Below the pieces are notes generated by a model that did no database searches, was not told where the DNA came from, and was given only the letters and a program-made list of their open reading frames with translations. From Escherichia coli (lineage in GTDB: Bacteria; Pseudomonadota; Gammaproteobacteria; Enterobacterales; Enterobacteriaceae): 64,000 nucleotides of DNA. The position numbers and the translations under genes were made by a program. Positions 16,361-30,968 of the stretch are shown here, one piece after another (position 1 is the first letter of the stretch; each line of letters starts with the position of its first letter). Location of the stretch: assembly GCF_009931435.1 (NCBI RefSeq), contig NZ_CP043414.1; one strand, 5' to 3'.

Positions 16361-16485
16361 CGTATTTTTTGCTTACGTTGGGATTGAAAACGGGTCATTC
16401 TACCGCCATCTCCCATATATCACCAAATAGGCGCGTAAAAATTTACGCAATTGGTTACGATGAGTTATCCCCATGGGAAAGTTAA

Positions 16486-17115
16486 ATGACAGGTAAGAAG
16501 CGTTCTGCCAGCTCCAGCCGCTGGCTTCAGGAACACTTTAGCGATAAATATGTTCAACAGGCACAGAAAAAGGGGTTACGTTCCCGTGCCTGGTTTAAAC
16601 TTGATGAAATACAGCAAAGTGACAAACTCTTTAAACCGGGAATGACGGTTGTCGACCTTGGTGCTGCTCCGGGTGGTTGGTCACAATATGTGGTCACCCA
16701 AATTGGCGGCAAAGGCCGCATCATCGCTTGCGATCTTTTACCTATGGATCCTATCGTTGGTGTGGACTTTCTTCAGGGCGATTTTCGTGATGAACTGGTG
16801 ATGAAAGCACTGCTGGAGCGCGTTGGCGACAGCAAAGTCCAGGTTGTCATGTCCGATATGGCACCAAACATGAGCGGAACACCGGCGGTGGATATCCCCC
16901 GTGCCATGTATCTGGTGGAACTGGCGTTAGAAATGTGTCGTGATGTATTAGCGCCAGGTGGCAGTTTTGTAGTGAAGGTGTTCCAGGGCGAAGGTTTCGA
17001 TGAGTATCTAAGGGAAATTCGCTCCCTGTTTACGAAGGTCAAAGTTCGTAAGCCGGACTCTTCTCGTGCACGTTCGCGGGAAGTGTATATTGTAGCGACC
17101 GGGCGTAAACCCTAA
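16486..17115 (+). CDS. rlmE: 23S rRNA U2552 2'-O-methyltransferase RlmE (FtsJ)
   Basis: 209 aa; SAM motif [13 protein letters not shown]. Confidence 0.96.
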
Positions 17116-17214
17116 CCGGGAGATTTCAGACGAAAGTTTGAAAGATGCTGGATATAGAGTATCCTGACGCTGTTTTTAACACAGTTGTAATAAGAGGTTA
17201 ATCCCTTGAGTGAC

Positions 17215-19149
17215 ATGGCGAAAAACCTAATTCTCTGGCTGGTCATTGCCGTTGTGCTGATGTCAGTATTCCAGAGCTTTGGGCCCAGCGAGTCTAATGG
17301 CCGTAAGGTGGATTACTCTACCTTCCTACAAGAGGTCAATAACGACCAGGTTCGTGAAGCGCGTATCAACGGACGTGAAATCAACGTTACCAAGAAAGAT
17401 AGTAACCGTTATACCACTTACATTCCGGTTCAGGATCCGAAATTACTGGATAACCTGTTGACCAAGAACGTCAAGGTTGTCGGTGAACCGCCTGAAGAAC
17501 CAAGCCTGCTGGCTTCTATCTTCATCTCCTGGTTCCCGATGCTGTTGCTGATTGGTGTCTGGATCTTCTTCATGCGTCAAATGCAGGGCGGCGGTGGCAA
17601 AGGTGCCATGTCGTTCGGTAAGAGCAAAGCGCGCATGCTGACGGAAGATCAGATCAAAACGACCTTTGCTGACGTTGCGGGCTGCGACGAAGCAAAAGAA
17701 GAAGTTGCTGAACTGGTTGAGTATCTGCGCGAGCCGAGCCGCTTCCAGAAACTCGGCGGTAAGATCCCGAAAGGCGTCCTGATGGTCGGTCCTCCGGGTA
17801 CCGGTAAAACGCTGCTGGCGAAAGCGATTGCAGGCGAAGCGAAAGTTCCGTTCTTTACTATCTCCGGTTCTGACTTCGTAGAAATGTTCGTCGGTGTGGG
17901 TGCATCCCGTGTTCGTGACATGTTCGAACAGGCGAAGAAAGCGGCTCCGTGCATCATCTTTATCGATGAAATCGACGCCGTAGGCCGCCAGCGTGGCGCA
18001 GGACTGGGCGGTGGTCACGATGAACGTGAACAGACTCTGAACCAGATGCTGGTTGAGATGGATGGCTTCGAAGGTAACGAAGGTATCATCGTTATCGCTG
18101 CGACTAACCGTCCGGACGTTCTCGACCCGGCGCTGCTGCGTCCAGGCCGTTTCGACCGTCAGGTTGTGGTTGGCTTGCCAGATGTTCGCGGTCGTGAGCA
18201 GATCCTGAAAGTTCACATGCGTCGCGTACCATTGGCACCCGATATCGACGCGGCAATCATTGCCCGTGGTACTCCTGGTTTCTCCGGTGCTGACCTGGCG
18301 AACCTGGTGAACGAAGCGGCACTGTTCGCTGCTCGTGGCAACAAACGTGTTGTGTCGATGGTTGAGTTCGAGAAAGCGAAAGACAAAATCATGATGGGTG
18401 CGGAACGTCGCTCCATGGTGATGACGGAAGCGCAGAAAGAATCGACTGCTTACCACGAAGCAGGTCACGCGATTATCGGTCGCCTGGTGCCGGAACACGA
18501 TCCGGTGCACAAAGTAACGATTATCCCGCGCGGTCGTGCGCTGGGTGTGACCTTCTTTTTGCCTGAGGGCGACGCAATCAGCGCCAGCCGTCAGAAACTG
18601 GAAAGCCAGATTTCTACACTGTACGGCGGTCGTCTGGCAGAAGAGATCATCTACGGGCCAGAACATGTTTCTACCGGGGCGTCCAACGATATTAAAGTTG
18701 CGACCAACCTGGCGCGTAACATGGTTACCCAGTGGGGCTTCTCTGAGAAACTCGGTCCGCTGCTGTATGCGGAAGAAGAAGGTGAAGTGTTCCTCGGTCG
18801 TAGCGTAGCGAAAGCGAAACATATGTCCGATGAAACGGCACGTATCATCGACCAGGAAGTGAAAGCACTGATCGAGCGTAACTATAATCGTGCGCGTCAG
18901 CTTCTGACCGACAATATGGATATTCTGCATGCGATGAAAGATGCTCTCATGAAATATGAGACTATCGACGCACCGCAGATTGATGACCTGATGGCACGTC
19001 GCGATGTACGTCCGCCAGCGGGCTGGGAAGAACCAGGCGCTTCTAACAATTCTGGCGACAATGGTAGTCCAAAGGCTCCGCGTCCGGTTGATGAACCGCG
19101 TACGCCGAACCCGGGTAACACCATGTCAGAGCAGTTAGGCGACAAGTAA
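17215..19149 (+). CDS. ftsH: ATP-dependent zinc metalloprotease FtsH
   Basis: 644 aa from ATG 17215 ([10 protein letters not shown]); Walker [14 protein letters not shown] zinc motif; the ORF track starts 3 codons earlier at TTG 17206. Confidence 0.95.
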
Positions 19150-19180
19150 GTTCCCGCATTAGATGACTGTATTTGTACCG

Positions 19181-19213
19181 AAAACCCCGGGGCGTGCTCC
19201 GGGGTTTTTTCTT
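19181..19213 (+). terminator. intrinsic terminator after ftsH
   Basis: AAAACCCCGGGGCGTGCTCCGGGGTTTTTTCTT. Confidence 0.85.
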
Positions 19214-19238
19214 ATCAATTCATACCAGGGATAACATC

Positions 19239-20087
19239 ATGAAACTCTTTGCCCAGGGCACTTCACTGGACCTTAGCCATCCTCACGTAATGGGGATCCT
19301 CAACGTTACGCCTGATTCCTTTTCGGATGGCGGCACGCATAACTCGCTGATAGATGCGGTGAAACATGCGAATCTGATGATCAACGCTGGTGCGACGATC
19401 ATTGACGTTGGTGGCGAGTCCACGCGCCCAGGGGCGGCGGAAGTTAGCGTTGAAGAAGAGTTGCAGCGTGTTATTCCTGTGGTTGAGGCAATTGCTCAAC
19501 GCTTCGAAGTCTGGATCTCAGTAGATACTTCCAAACCAGAAGTCATACGTGAGTCAGCGAAAGTTGGTGCTCACATTATTAACGATATTCGCTCTCTTTC
19601 CGAACCTGGCGCTCTGGAAGCTGCTGCAGAAACCGGTTTGCCAGTTTGCCTGATGCATATGCAGGGAAATCCAAAAACCATGCAGGAAGCCCCGAAGTAT
19701 GACGATGTCTTTGCGGAAGTGAATCGCTACTTTATTGAGCAGATAGCTCGTTGTGAGCAGGCGGGTATCGCAAAAGAGAAATTGTTGCTCGACCCCGGAT
19801 TCGGTTTCGGTAAAAATCTCTCCCATAACTATTCATTACTGGCGCGCCTGGCTGAATTTCACCATTTCAACCTGCCGCTGTTGGTGGGTATGTCACGAAA
19901 ATCGATGATTGGGCAATTGCTGAACGTGGGGCCGTCCGAGCGCCTGAGCGGTAGTTTGGCCTGTGCGGTCATTGCCGCAATGCAAGGTGCGCACATCATT
20001 CGTGTTCATGACGTCAAAGAAACCGTAGAAGCGATGCGGGTGGTGGAAGCCACTCTGTCTGCAAAGGAAAACAAACGCTATGAGTAA
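19239..20087 (+). CDS. folP: dihydropteroate synthase FolP
   Basis: ORF 19173..20087 trimmed to [32 protein letters not shown]; 282 aa; upstream ORF portion covers the ftsH terminator. Confidence 0.93.
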
Positions 20088-21417
20088 TCGTAAATATTTC
20101 GGTACCGATGGGATTCGTGGTCGTGTAGGGGATGCGCCGATCACCCCTGATTTTGTACTTAAGTTGGGTTGGGCCGCCGGTAAAGTGCTGGCGCGCCACG
20201 GCTCGCGTAAGATCATTATTGGTAAAGACACGCGTATTTCTGGCTATATGCTGGAGTCAGCACTGGAAGCGGGTCTGGCGGCTGCGGGCCTTTCCGCACT
20301 CTTTACAGGCCCGATGCCTACACCTGCCGTGGCTTATCTGACGCGTACCTTCCGCGCAGAGGCCGGGATTGTAATTTCTGCATCGCATAACCCATTCTAC
20401 GATAACGGCATTAAATTCTTTTCTATTGACGGTACTAAGCTGCCGGATGCAGTTGAAGAAGCCATCGAAGCGGAAATGGAAAAAGAGATCAGCTGTGTTG
20501 ATTCGGCAGAACTGGGTAAAGCCAGCCGTATCGTTGATGCTGCGGGTCGCTATATCGAGTTTTGCAAAGCCACGTTCCCGAACGAACTTAGCCTCAGTGA
20601 ACTGAAGATTGTGGTGGATTGTGCAAACGGCGCGACTTATCACATCGCGCCGAACGTGCTGCGTGAACTGGGGGCGAACGTTATCGCTATCGGTTGTGAG
20701 CCGAACGGCGTAAACATCAATGCCGAAGTGGGGGCAACAGATGTTCGTGCGTTACAGGCGCGCGTACTGGCTGAAAAAGCAGATCTTGGGATCGCCTTTG
20801 ACGGTGACGGCGACCGCGTGATTATGGTTGACCATGAAGGCAATAAAGTCGATGGCGACCAGATTATGTATATCATCGCGCGCGAAGGTCTGCGTCAGGG
20901 CCAACTGCGTGGTGGCGCGGTGGGTACATTGATGAGCAACATGGGGCTGGAACTCGCCCTGAAACAGCTAGGAATTCCGTTTGCTCGTGCGAAAGTGGGT
21001 GATCGCTACGTACTGGAAAAAATGCAGGAGAAAGGCTGGCGTATCGGTGCAGAGAATTCTGGTCATGTGATCCTGCTGGATAAAACCACAACCGGTGACG
21101 GCATCGTTGCTGGTTTGCAGGTGCTGGCGGCGATGGCGCGTAACCATATGAGCCTGCACGATCTTTGCAGCGGCATGAAAATGTTCCCGCAGATTCTGGT
21201 TAACGTGCGTTACACCGCAGGTAGCGGCGATCCGCTGGAGCATGAATCAGTCAAAGCTGTAACCGCAGAAGTTGAAGCGGCGCTGGGTAGCCGTGGACGT
21301 GTGCTGTTGCGTAAATCCGGCACCGAACCGTTAATTCGCGTGATGGTAGAAGGCGAAGACGAAGCGCAGGTGACTGAATTTGCACACCGCATCGCCGATG
21401 CAGTAAAAGCCGTTTAA
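20080..21417 (+). CDS. glmM: phosphoglucosamine mutase GlmM
   Basis: 445 aa; active-site SASHNP; 8-nt overlap with folP. Confidence 0.96.
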   Translation: MSNRKYFGTDGIRGRVGDAPITPDFVLKLGWAAGKVLARHGSRKIIIGKDTRISGYMLESALEAGLAAAGLSALFTGPMPTPAVAYLTRTFRAEAGIVISASHNPFYDNGIKFFSIDGTKLPDAVEEAIEAEMEKEISCVDSAELGKASRIVDAAGRYIEFCKATFPNELSLSELKIVVDCANGATYHIAPNVLRELGANVIAIGCEPNGVNINAEVGATDVRALQARVLAEKADLGIAFDGDGDRVIMVDHEGNKVDGDQIMYIIAREGLRQGQLRGGAVGTLMSNMGLELALKQLGIPFARAKVGDRYVLEKMQEKGWRIGAENSGHVILLDKTTTGDGIVAGLQVLAAMARNHMSLHDLCSGMKMFPQILVNVRYTAGSGDPLEHESVKAVTAEVEAALGSRGRVLLRKSGTEPLIRVMVEGEDEAQVTEFAHRIADAVKAV

Positions 21418-21435
21418 CGCGTTATATAACTGTCT

Positions 21436-21466
21436 AAAAAGGCGGCGATTGTCGCCTTTTTTCTCG
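21436..21466 (+). terminator. intrinsic terminator after glmM
   Basis: AAAAAGGCGGCGATTGTCGCCTTTTTTCT. Confidence 0.85.
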
Positions 21467-21644
21467 GTGAACATATCGGTTTTGCTGTTTTTTTCCGCAG
21501 TTGATACAATGCGATAAAATTGCCCTTGCGAAGGTCATTCGCTTTGGTTAGTATTCACACCCGCTTCAGTGGGAAAGATTAGAAATTCCCGCTTTATTGG
21601 TTGAAGCATTGGTACGCGGCAACTCCGCAAGGAACAGGTTGATT

Positions 21645-21977
21645 ATGTACGAAGCTCTTTTAGTAGTTTTCCTTATTGTGGCAATTGGCCTTGTTGGTCT
21701 GATCATGCTGCAGCAAGGTAAAGGCGCTGATATGGGAGCCTCCTTCGGAGCAGGCGCTTCCGCTACGCTGTTTGGTTCAAGTGGTTCTGGTAACTTCATG
21801 ACCCGCATGACGGCGCTGCTGGCAACGTTATTCTTCATCATCAGTCTGGTGCTGGGTAACATCAATAGCAACAAAACCAATAAAGGTAGTGAATGGGAAA
21901 ACCTGAGTGCACCGGCCAAAACCGAACAAACTCAGCCAGCTGCTCCGGCTAAGCCGACCAGCGATATCCCGAACTAA
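21645..21977 (+). CDS. secG: preprotein translocase subunit SecG
   Basis: ORF 21597..21977 trimmed to MYEALLVVFLIVAIGLVGLIMLQQGKGADMG; 110 aa. Confidence 0.93.
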   Translation: MYEALLVVFLIVAIGLVGLIMLQQGKGADMGASFGAGASATLFGSSGSGNFMTRMTALLATLFFIISLVLGNINSNKTNKGSEWENLSAPAKTEQTQPAAPAKPTSDIPN

Positions 21978-21990
21978 AAGTAGTATCCGT

Positions 21991-22077
21991 GCCGAGGTGG
22001 TGGAATTGGTAGACACGCTACCTTGAGGTGGTAGTGCCCAATAGGGCTTACGGGTTCAAGTCCCGTCCTCGGTACCA
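21991..22077 (+). tRNA. leuU: tRNA-Leu (anticodon GAG)
   Basis: GCCGAGGTGGTGGAATTGGTAGACACGCTACCTTGAGGTGGTAGTGCCCAATAGGGCTTACGGGTTCAAGTCCCGTCCTCGGTACCA; long variable arm; 14 nt after secG stop. Confidence 0.95.
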
Positions 22078-22085
22078 AATTCCAG

Positions 22086-22119
22086 AAAAGAGACGCTGAA
22101 AAGCGTCTTTTTTCGTTTT
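22086..22119 (+). terminator. intrinsic terminator after secG-leuU
   Basis: AGAGACGCTGAAAAGCGTCTTTTTTCGTTTT. Confidence 0.85.
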
Positions 22120-22533
22120 GGTCCTGGTCTGAGGAATGGTTGTCAGATATCTGTATCTCGTCCAGTTGCTTTACTCGTAGCTGGTACTTTGAAACGATGG
22201 TGCCGGTACGCCTTAGTTATAAACTTTTCCCTACTGCTGACATAATTGGCACTTTATTGTGTCAACTCCAGTTCCGGTACGAATACGGATATGTTTACTT
22301 CTCGATAAACCATCCTGCTCCTGTCAGTATAACTACTGATGGCTACGTTCTGCGTAATGTTTAGAGACGCATTGATAATGTTATTTAATTACTGAGAACA
22401 ATGGCCGCATCATTTAAAAAGAAAAAACTAACAGTGTTTCGGTCTGATATGGATCAGCATTGAAAAACATGTCTGATATAAAATTGAACATTGTTGATAA
22501 TTGTTTATATTGGTTGTGAACTTGGATTTCTGG

Positions 22534-24159
22534 ATGACAGTATTCAACAAATTTGTTAGAAGTTTTAAATCTCATTGGTTGTTGTATCTTTGTGTTATTG
22601 TTTTTGGTATTACGAACTTAGTCGCCTCTTCCGGAGCGCATATGGTTCAGCGATTGCTGTTCTTCGTTCTGACCATCCTGGTTGTTAAACGTATATCATC
22701 CCTTCCGCTTCGCCTGCTTGTTGCCGCACCATTTGTGTTACTGACAGCGGCAGACATGAGTATTAGCCTCTATTCATGGTGTACCTTTGGTACAACTTTC
22801 AATGATGGATTTGCGATTAGTGTGCTGCAGAGTGATCCGGATGAAGTTGTCAAAATGCTGGGGATGTATATCCCTTATCTATGTGCTTTTGCCTTTTTAT
22901 CCCTTCTTTTTTTGGCAGTAATAATAAAATATGATGTTTCCTTGCCGACGAAAAAAGTGACAGGAATATTATTGCTGATTGTCATTTCGGGCAGTTTATT
23001 TTCCGCTTGTCAATTTGCTTATAAAGATGCAAAAAATAAAAAAGCGTTCAGTCCATATATACTAGCGTCGCGATTTGCTACCTATACACCGTTTTTCAAT
23101 CTCAATTATTTTGCTTTAGCAGCGAAAGAGCATCAAAGATTACTCTCAATTGCAAACACGGTGCCGTATTTTCAATTATCAGTCAGGGATACAGGTATTG
23201 ATACCTACGTGTTGATTGTGGGGGAGTCTGTACGTGTCGACAATATGTCTTTGTATGGATATACACGCTCTACGACACCGCAAGTCGAAGCACAAAGAAA
23301 ACAGATCAAACTGTTTAATCAAGCAATAAGCGGTGCACCTTACACTGCGCTGTCGGTTCCCCTTTCTTTAACTGCTGATTCTGTTTTGAGTCATGACATT
23401 CATAATTACCCGGACAACATTATTAATATGGCTAATCAAGCAGGATTTCAGACTTTCTGGCTAAGCTCGCAATCCGCTTTTCGGCAGAATGGTACAGCAG
23501 TTACCAGTATCGCCATGCGCGCCATGGAAACAGTCTATGTCAGAGGATTTGATGAATTGTTGTTGCCGCATTTATCGCAAGCGTTACAGCAAAAGACGCA
23601 GCAAAAGAAACTGATTGTTCTTCATTTAAATGGAAGCCATGAACCGGCTTGTAGCGCCTATCCGCAATCCAGCGCCGTGTTTCAACCACAGGACGATCAG
23701 GATGCCTGCTATGACAACTCCATTCATTACACAGATAGTTTGCTAGGTCAGGTTTTTGAATTATTAAAAGATCGCCGAGCCTCGGTCATGTATTTTGCCG
23801 ACCATGGCCTGGAACGCGACCCGACGAAGAAGAACATTTATTTTCATGGAGGCAGGGAGGCCAGCCAGCAGGCATATCATGTTCCGATGTTTATCTGGTA
23901 TAGCCCCGTTCTTGGGGATGGCGTGGATCGCACAACGGAAAACGATATCTTTTCCACTGCTTACAATAATTACCTTATTAATGCGTGGATGGGGGTAACA
24001 AAGCCGGAACAGCCGCAAACGCTGGAGGAAGTGATTGCACACTATAAAGGAGATTCACGGGTTGTAGATGCAAACCATGATGTTTTCGATTTTGTGATGC
24101 TAAGAAAGGAGTTTACTGAGGATAAGCAAGGTAACCCCACCCCTGAAGGGCAGGGTTGA
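22534..24159 (+). CDS. yhbX: EptA/OpgE-family inner-membrane phosphoethanolamine-transferase-like protein YhbX
   Basis: ORF 22501..24159 trimmed to MTVFNKFVRSFKSHWLLYL; 541 aa; N-terminal TM helices plus sulfatase-like domain; AT-rich. Confidence 0.85.
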   Translation: MTVFNKFVRSFKSHWLLYLCVIVFGITNLVASSGAHMVQRLLFFVLTILVVKRISSLPLRLLVAAPFVLLTAADMSISLYSWCTFGTTFNDGFAISVLQSDPDEVVKMLGMYIPYLCAFAFLSLLFLAVIIKYDVSLPTKKVTGILLLIVISGSLFSACQFAYKDAKNKKAFSPYILASRFATYTPFFNLNYFALAAKEHQRLLSIANTVPYFQLSVRDTGIDTYVLIVGESVRVDNMSLYGYTRSTTPQVEAQRKQIKLFNQAISGAPYTALSVPLSLTADSVLSHDIHNYPDNIINMANQAGFQTFWLSSQSAFRQNGTAVTSIAMRAMETVYVRGFDELLLPHLSQALQQKTQQKKLIVLHLNGSHEPACSAYPQSSAVFQPQDDQDACYDNSIHYTDSLLGQVFELLKDRRASVMYFADHGLERDPTKKNIYFHGGREASQQAYHVPMFIWYSPVLGDGVDRTTENDIFSTAYNNYLINAWMGVTKPEQPQTLEEVIAHYKGDSRVVDANHDVFDFVMLRKEFTEDKQGNPTPEGQG

Positions 24160-24166
24160 TGTCGAA

Positions 24167-25525
<1,359 letters not shown>

Positions 25526-25561
25526 TTAATTAACTGATGAGGAGCCTGGATTTCCGCTCTC

Positions 25562-25599
25562 ACTGAATTTTTATGCAAAATAAATGAGTTTTCATTTAA
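25562..25599 (-). promoter_or_regulatory. tandem ARG boxes (ArgR operator) in argG promoter
   Basis: ACTGAATTTTTATGCAAA and AAATGAGTTTTCATTTAA, 2 bp apart, match the TGAAT-n4-ATTCA ARG-box pattern upstream of argG. Confidence 0.75.
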
Positions 25600-25734
25600 T
25601 CATCTTTTATCGGTGACAGGAAGAGTTTAGTGTGTTTTTTGTAAAATAATGCGCTTAAGGAGGAGCAGTAGAGGGCAAAAGTATTCGACAAACGAAAGTG
25701 AACTGGATATTCATTCACGCGATTAGCAATAAAT

Positions 25735-25764
25735 GTTGACAAAATGTGGCGTGGATCACTATAA
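25735..25764 (+). promoter_or_regulatory. metY operon promoter (consensus sigma70 -35/-10)
   Basis: TTGACA at 25735-25740, 18 bp spacer, TATAAT at 25759-25764. Confidence 0.75.
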
Positions 25765-25857
25765 TGCCTGCAGATTTTACGTCCCGTCTCGGTACACCAA
25801 ATCCCAGCAGTATTTGCATTTTTTACCCAAAACGAGTAGAATTTGCCACGTTTCAGG

Positions 25858-25934
<77 letters not shown>

Positions 25935-26056
25935 CTTTCCCTTAGAGTCCTTTTTCAAATATACTGTGAAGACTTCGGCCTTCGTAGTGGGATTTGAAAA
26001 AATCCTTCTGGAAAGTGCTCCAGACCGCAGTTGCGGTTATAGGGTTCAGTTATATA

Positions 26057-26087
26057 AAGCCCCGATTTATCGGGGTTTTTTGTTATC
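26057..26087 (+). terminator. intrinsic terminator/attenuator between metY and rimP
   Basis: AAAGCCCCGATTTATCGGGGTTTTTTGTT. Confidence 0.75.
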
Positions 26088-26140
26088 TGACTACAGAATA
26101 ACTGGGCTTTAGGCCCTTTTTTTATGTCTTGGGGGTGGGC

Positions 26141-26593
26141 TTGTCCACATTAGAGCAAAAATTAACAGAGATGATTACTGCGCCAGTTGAGGCCCTGGGT
26201 TTTGAACTGGTTGGCATCGAGTTTATTCGCGGTCGCACATCCACACTGCGCATCTATATTGATAGTGAAGATGGCATCAATGTTGATGATTGTGCTGATG
26301 TGAGCCACCAGGTAAGTGCTGTGCTGGATGTCGAAGATCCCATCACCGTTGCTTATAACCTGGAAGTCTCCTCACCGGGTCTCGATCGCCCACTGTTCAC
26401 GGCTGAACACTACGCCCGTTTCGTCGGAGAAGAGGTGACTCTGGTTCTCCGTATGGCGGTACAAAACCGTCGTAAATGGCAGGGCGTTATCAAAGCGGTA
26501 GACGGTGAAATGATCACAGTTACCGTCGAAGGTAAAGATGAAGTGTTCGCGCTGAGTAATATCCAGAAGGCGAACCTGGTTCCCCACTTTTAA
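26141..26593 (+). CDS. rimP: ribosome maturation factor RimP
   Basis: TTG start at 26141 giving (M)[24 protein letters not shown]; 150 aa; ORF-track start 26129 is also TTG. Confidence 0.88.
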
Positions 26594-26620
26594 TAGTCTG
26601 GATGAGGTGAAAAGCCCGCG

Positions 26621-28108
<1,488 letters not shown>

Positions 28109-28132
28109 TAAACTGTAGCAGGAAGGAACAGC

Positions 28133-30805
28133 ATGACAGATGTAACGATTAAAACGCTGGCCGCAGAGCGACAGACCTCCGTGGAACGCCTGGTACAGCA
28201 ATTTGCTGATGCAGGTATCCGGAAGTCTGCTGACGACTCTGTGTCCGCACAAGAGAAACAGACTTTAATTGACCACCTGAATCAGAAAAATTCAGGCCCG
28301 GACAAATTAACGCTGCAACGTAAAACCCGCAGCACCCTTAACATTCCTGGTACCGGTGGAAAAAGCAAATCGGTACAAATCGAAGTCCGCAAGAAACGCA
28401 CCTTTGTGAAACGCGATCCGCAAGAGGCTGAACGCCTTGCTGCGGAAGAGCAGGCGCAGCGTGAAGCGGAAGAGCAAGCCCGTCGTGAGGCAGAAGAATC
28501 GGCCAAACGCGAGGCGCAACAAAAAGCTGAACGTGAGGCCGCAGAACAAGCTAAGCGTGAAGCCGCTGAACAAGCGAAACGTGAAGCTGCGGAAAAAGAC
28601 AAAGTGAGCAATCAACAAGACGATATGACTAAAAACGCCCAGGCTGAAAAAGCCCGCCGTGAGCAGGAAGCTGCAGAGCTCAAGCGTAAAGCTGAAGAAG
28701 AAGCGCGTCGTAAACTCGAAGAAGAAGCACGTCGCGTTGCTGAAGAAGCACGTCGTATGGCGGAAGAAAACAAATGGACTGATAACGCGGAACCGACTGA
28801 AGATTCCAGCGATTATCACGTTACTACTTCTCAACATGCTCGCCAGGCAGAAGACGAAAGCGATCGTGAAGTCGAAGGCGGCCGTGGCCGTGGTCGTAAC
28901 GCGAAAGCAGCGCGTCCGAAGAAAGGCAACAAACACTCTGAATCAAAAGCTGATCGTGAAGAAGCACGCGCAGCAGTACGTGGCGGTAAAGGCGGGAAAC
29001 GTAAAGGTTCTTCGCTGCAGCAAGGCTTCCAGAAGCCAGCTCAGGCCGTTAACCGTGACGTTGTGATTGGCGAAACCATCACCGTTGGCGAACTGGCGAA
29101 CAAGATGGCGGTTAAAGGTTCTCAGGTCATCAAAGCGATGATGAAACTGGGCGCAATGGCAACCATCAACCAGGTTATCGATCAGGAAACCGCACAGCTG
29201 GTTGCTGAAGAGATGGGCCACAAAGTTATCCTGCGTCGTGAAAACGAGCTGGAAGAAGCGGTAATGAGCGACCGTGACACGGGTGCTGCGGCTGAACCGC
29301 GCGCGCCGGTTGTGACCATCATGGGTCACGTTGACCACGGTAAAACCTCTTTGCTGGACTACATTCGTTCAACGAAAGTGGCCTCTGGCGAAGCGGGCGG
29401 CATTACCCAGCACATTGGTGCATACCACGTTGAAACTGAAAACGGCATGATCACCTTCCTGGACACCCCGGGGCACGCCGCGTTTACTTCAATGCGTGCA
29501 CGTGGTGCGCAGGCAACGGACATCGTAGTCCTGGTTGTTGCTGCCGACGACGGCGTAATGCCGCAGACCATCGAAGCAATTCAGCACGCGAAAGCGGCAG
29601 GCGTGCCGGTTGTGGTTGCAGTGAACAAGATCGACAAACCAGAAGCCGATCCAGATCGCGTTAAGAACGAACTCTCTCAGTACGGCATCCTGCCGGAAGA
29701 GTGGGGCGGTGAAAGCCAGTTCGTACACGTGTCTGCGAAAGCAGGTACCGGTATCGATGAACTGCTGGACGCTATCCTGTTGCAGGCAGAAGTTCTGGAA
29801 CTGAAAGCGGTACGTAAAGGTATGGCGAGCGGTGCGGTTATCGAATCCTTCCTCGATAAAGGTCGTGGTCCGGTTGCTACTGTTCTGGTACGTGAAGGTA
29901 CTCTGCACAAGGGCGACATCGTTCTGTGTGGTTTCGAATACGGTCGTGTTCGCGCAATGCGTAACGAAATGGGTCAGGAAGTGCTGGAAGCAGGTCCGTC
30001 CATTCCAGTTGAAATCCTTGGCTTGTCCGGTGTTCCGGCTGCGGGTGACGAAGTTACCGTAGTGCGTGACGAGAAGAAAGCTCGTGAAGTTGCACTGTAT
30101 CGTCAGGGCAAATTCCGTGAAGTTAAACTGGCACGTCAGCAGAAATCGAAACTCGAGAACATGTTTGCCAACATGACTGAAGGCGAAGTTCACGAAGTGA
30201 ACATCGTTCTGAAGGCAGACGTTCAGGGTTCCGTGGAAGCGATCTCCGACTCCTTGCTGAAACTGTCTACTGACGAAGTTAAAGTGAAGATCATCGGTTC
30301 TGGCGTAGGTGGTATCACCGAAACCGACGCTACCCTGGCTGCGGCGTCCAACGCCATCCTGGTTGGCTTCAACGTACGTGCTGATGCCTCTGCACGTAAA
30401 GTGATTGAAGCGGAAAGCCTGGATCTGCGTTACTACTCCGTCATCTATAACCTGATCGACGAAGTGAAAGCGGCGATGAGCGGTATGCTGTCTCCGGAAC
30501 TGAAACAGCAGATTATCGGTCTGGCGGAAGTTCGTGATGTGTTCAAATCACCGAAATTTGGTGCCATCGCAGGTTGTATGGTTACTGAAGGTGTGGTTAA
30601 ACGTCACAATCCGATCCGCGTTCTGCGCGACAACGTGGTTATCTACGAAGGCGAGCTGGAGTCCCTGCGCCGCTTCAAAGATGACGTTAACGAAGTCCGT
30701 AACGGTATGGAATGTGGTATCGGCGTTAAGAACTACAACGACGTCCGCACTGGCGATGTGATCGAAGTATTCGAAATCATCGAGATCCAACGTACCATCG
30801 CTTAA
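28133..30805 (+). CDS. infB: translation initiation factor IF-2
   Basis: 890 aa; G-domain GHVDHGKTS; N-terminal [12 protein letters not shown] repeats. Confidence 0.97.
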   Translation: MTDVTIKTLAAERQTSVERLVQQFADAGIRKSADDSVSAQEKQTLIDHLNQKNSGPDKLTLQRKTRSTLNIPGTGGKSKSVQIEVRKKRTFVKRDPQEAERLAAEEQAQREAEEQARREAEESAKREAQQKAEREAAEQAKREAAEQAKREAAEKDKVSNQQDDMTKNAQAEKARREQEAAELKRKAEEEARRKLEEEARRVAEEARRMAEENKWTDNAEPTEDSSDYHVTTSQHARQAEDESDREVEGGRGRGRNAKAARPKKGNKHSESKADREEARAAVRGGKGGKRKGSSLQQGFQKPAQAVNRDVVIGETITVGELANKMAVKGSQVIKAMMKLGAMATINQVIDQETAQLVAEEMGHKVILRRENELEEAVMSDRDTGAAAEPRAPVVTIMGHVDHGKTSLLDYIRSTKVASGEAGGITQHIGAYHVETENGMITFLDTPGHAAFTSMRARGAQATDIVVLVVAADDGVMPQTIEAIQHAKAAGVPVVVAVNKIDKPEADPDRVKNELSQYGILPEEWGGESQFVHVSAKAGTGIDELLDAILLQAEVLELKAVRKGMASGAVIESFLDKGRGPVATVLVREGTLHKGDIVLCGFEYGRVRAMRNEMGQEVLEAGPSIPVEILGLSGVPAAGDEVTVVRDEKKAREVALYRQGKFREVKLARQQKSKLENMFANMTEGEVHEVNIVLKADVQGSVEAISDSLLKLSTDEVKVKIIGSGVGGITETDATLAAASNAILVGFNVRADASARKVIEAESLDLRYYSVIYNLIDEVKAAMSGMLSPELKQQIIGLAEVRDVFKSPKFGAIAGCMVTEGVVKRHNPIRVLRDNVVIYEGELESLRRFKDDVNEVRNGMECGIGVKNYNDVRTGDVIEVFEIIEIQRTIA

Positions 30806-30820
30806 GGTTTTTAGGGTTCT

Positions 30821-30896
30821 ATGCGGGATAAGGCGTTTACGCTGCATCCGGCATGGATTGCCTGATGCGACGCTGGCGCGTCTTATCAGGCCTACG
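30821..30896. repeat. REP pair (BIME) between infB and rbfA
   Basis: inverted copies of the GCCTGATGCGACGC...CTTATCAGGCCTAC REP motif. Confidence 0.8.
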
Positions 30897-30968
30897 TGAA
30901 CAGCCCTTCCACCTGAAATTAATTTTAAAAAGGGGCTAACAGCCCCTTTTTTGTCAGGAGAATTTATT

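Noticed and set aside
17206-19149. ORF-track N-terminal extensions (ftsH from TTG 17206, folP from 19173, secG from 21597, deaD from 36220, agaD from 53520, lpoA from 50866, yhbO from 45214 and others)
   Set aside because: The extensions run through upstream terminators or neighbouring genes and lack Shine-Dalgarno sequences; internal Met/GTG/TTG codons reproduce the known protein lengths.
22140-22364. 74 aa ORF in the AT-rich leuU-yhbX intergenic region
   Set aside because: No Shine-Dalgarno sequence, no recognisable fold, and AT-rich regions generate such ORFs by chance; more likely part of the yhbX promoter or H-NS-bound region.
26102-26124. possible second hairpin (GGGCTTTAGGCCC + T7) immediately upstream of rimP
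   Set aside because: The stem is only 4-5 bp, too weak to call a terminator; the T-run more likely belongs to the rimP leader.
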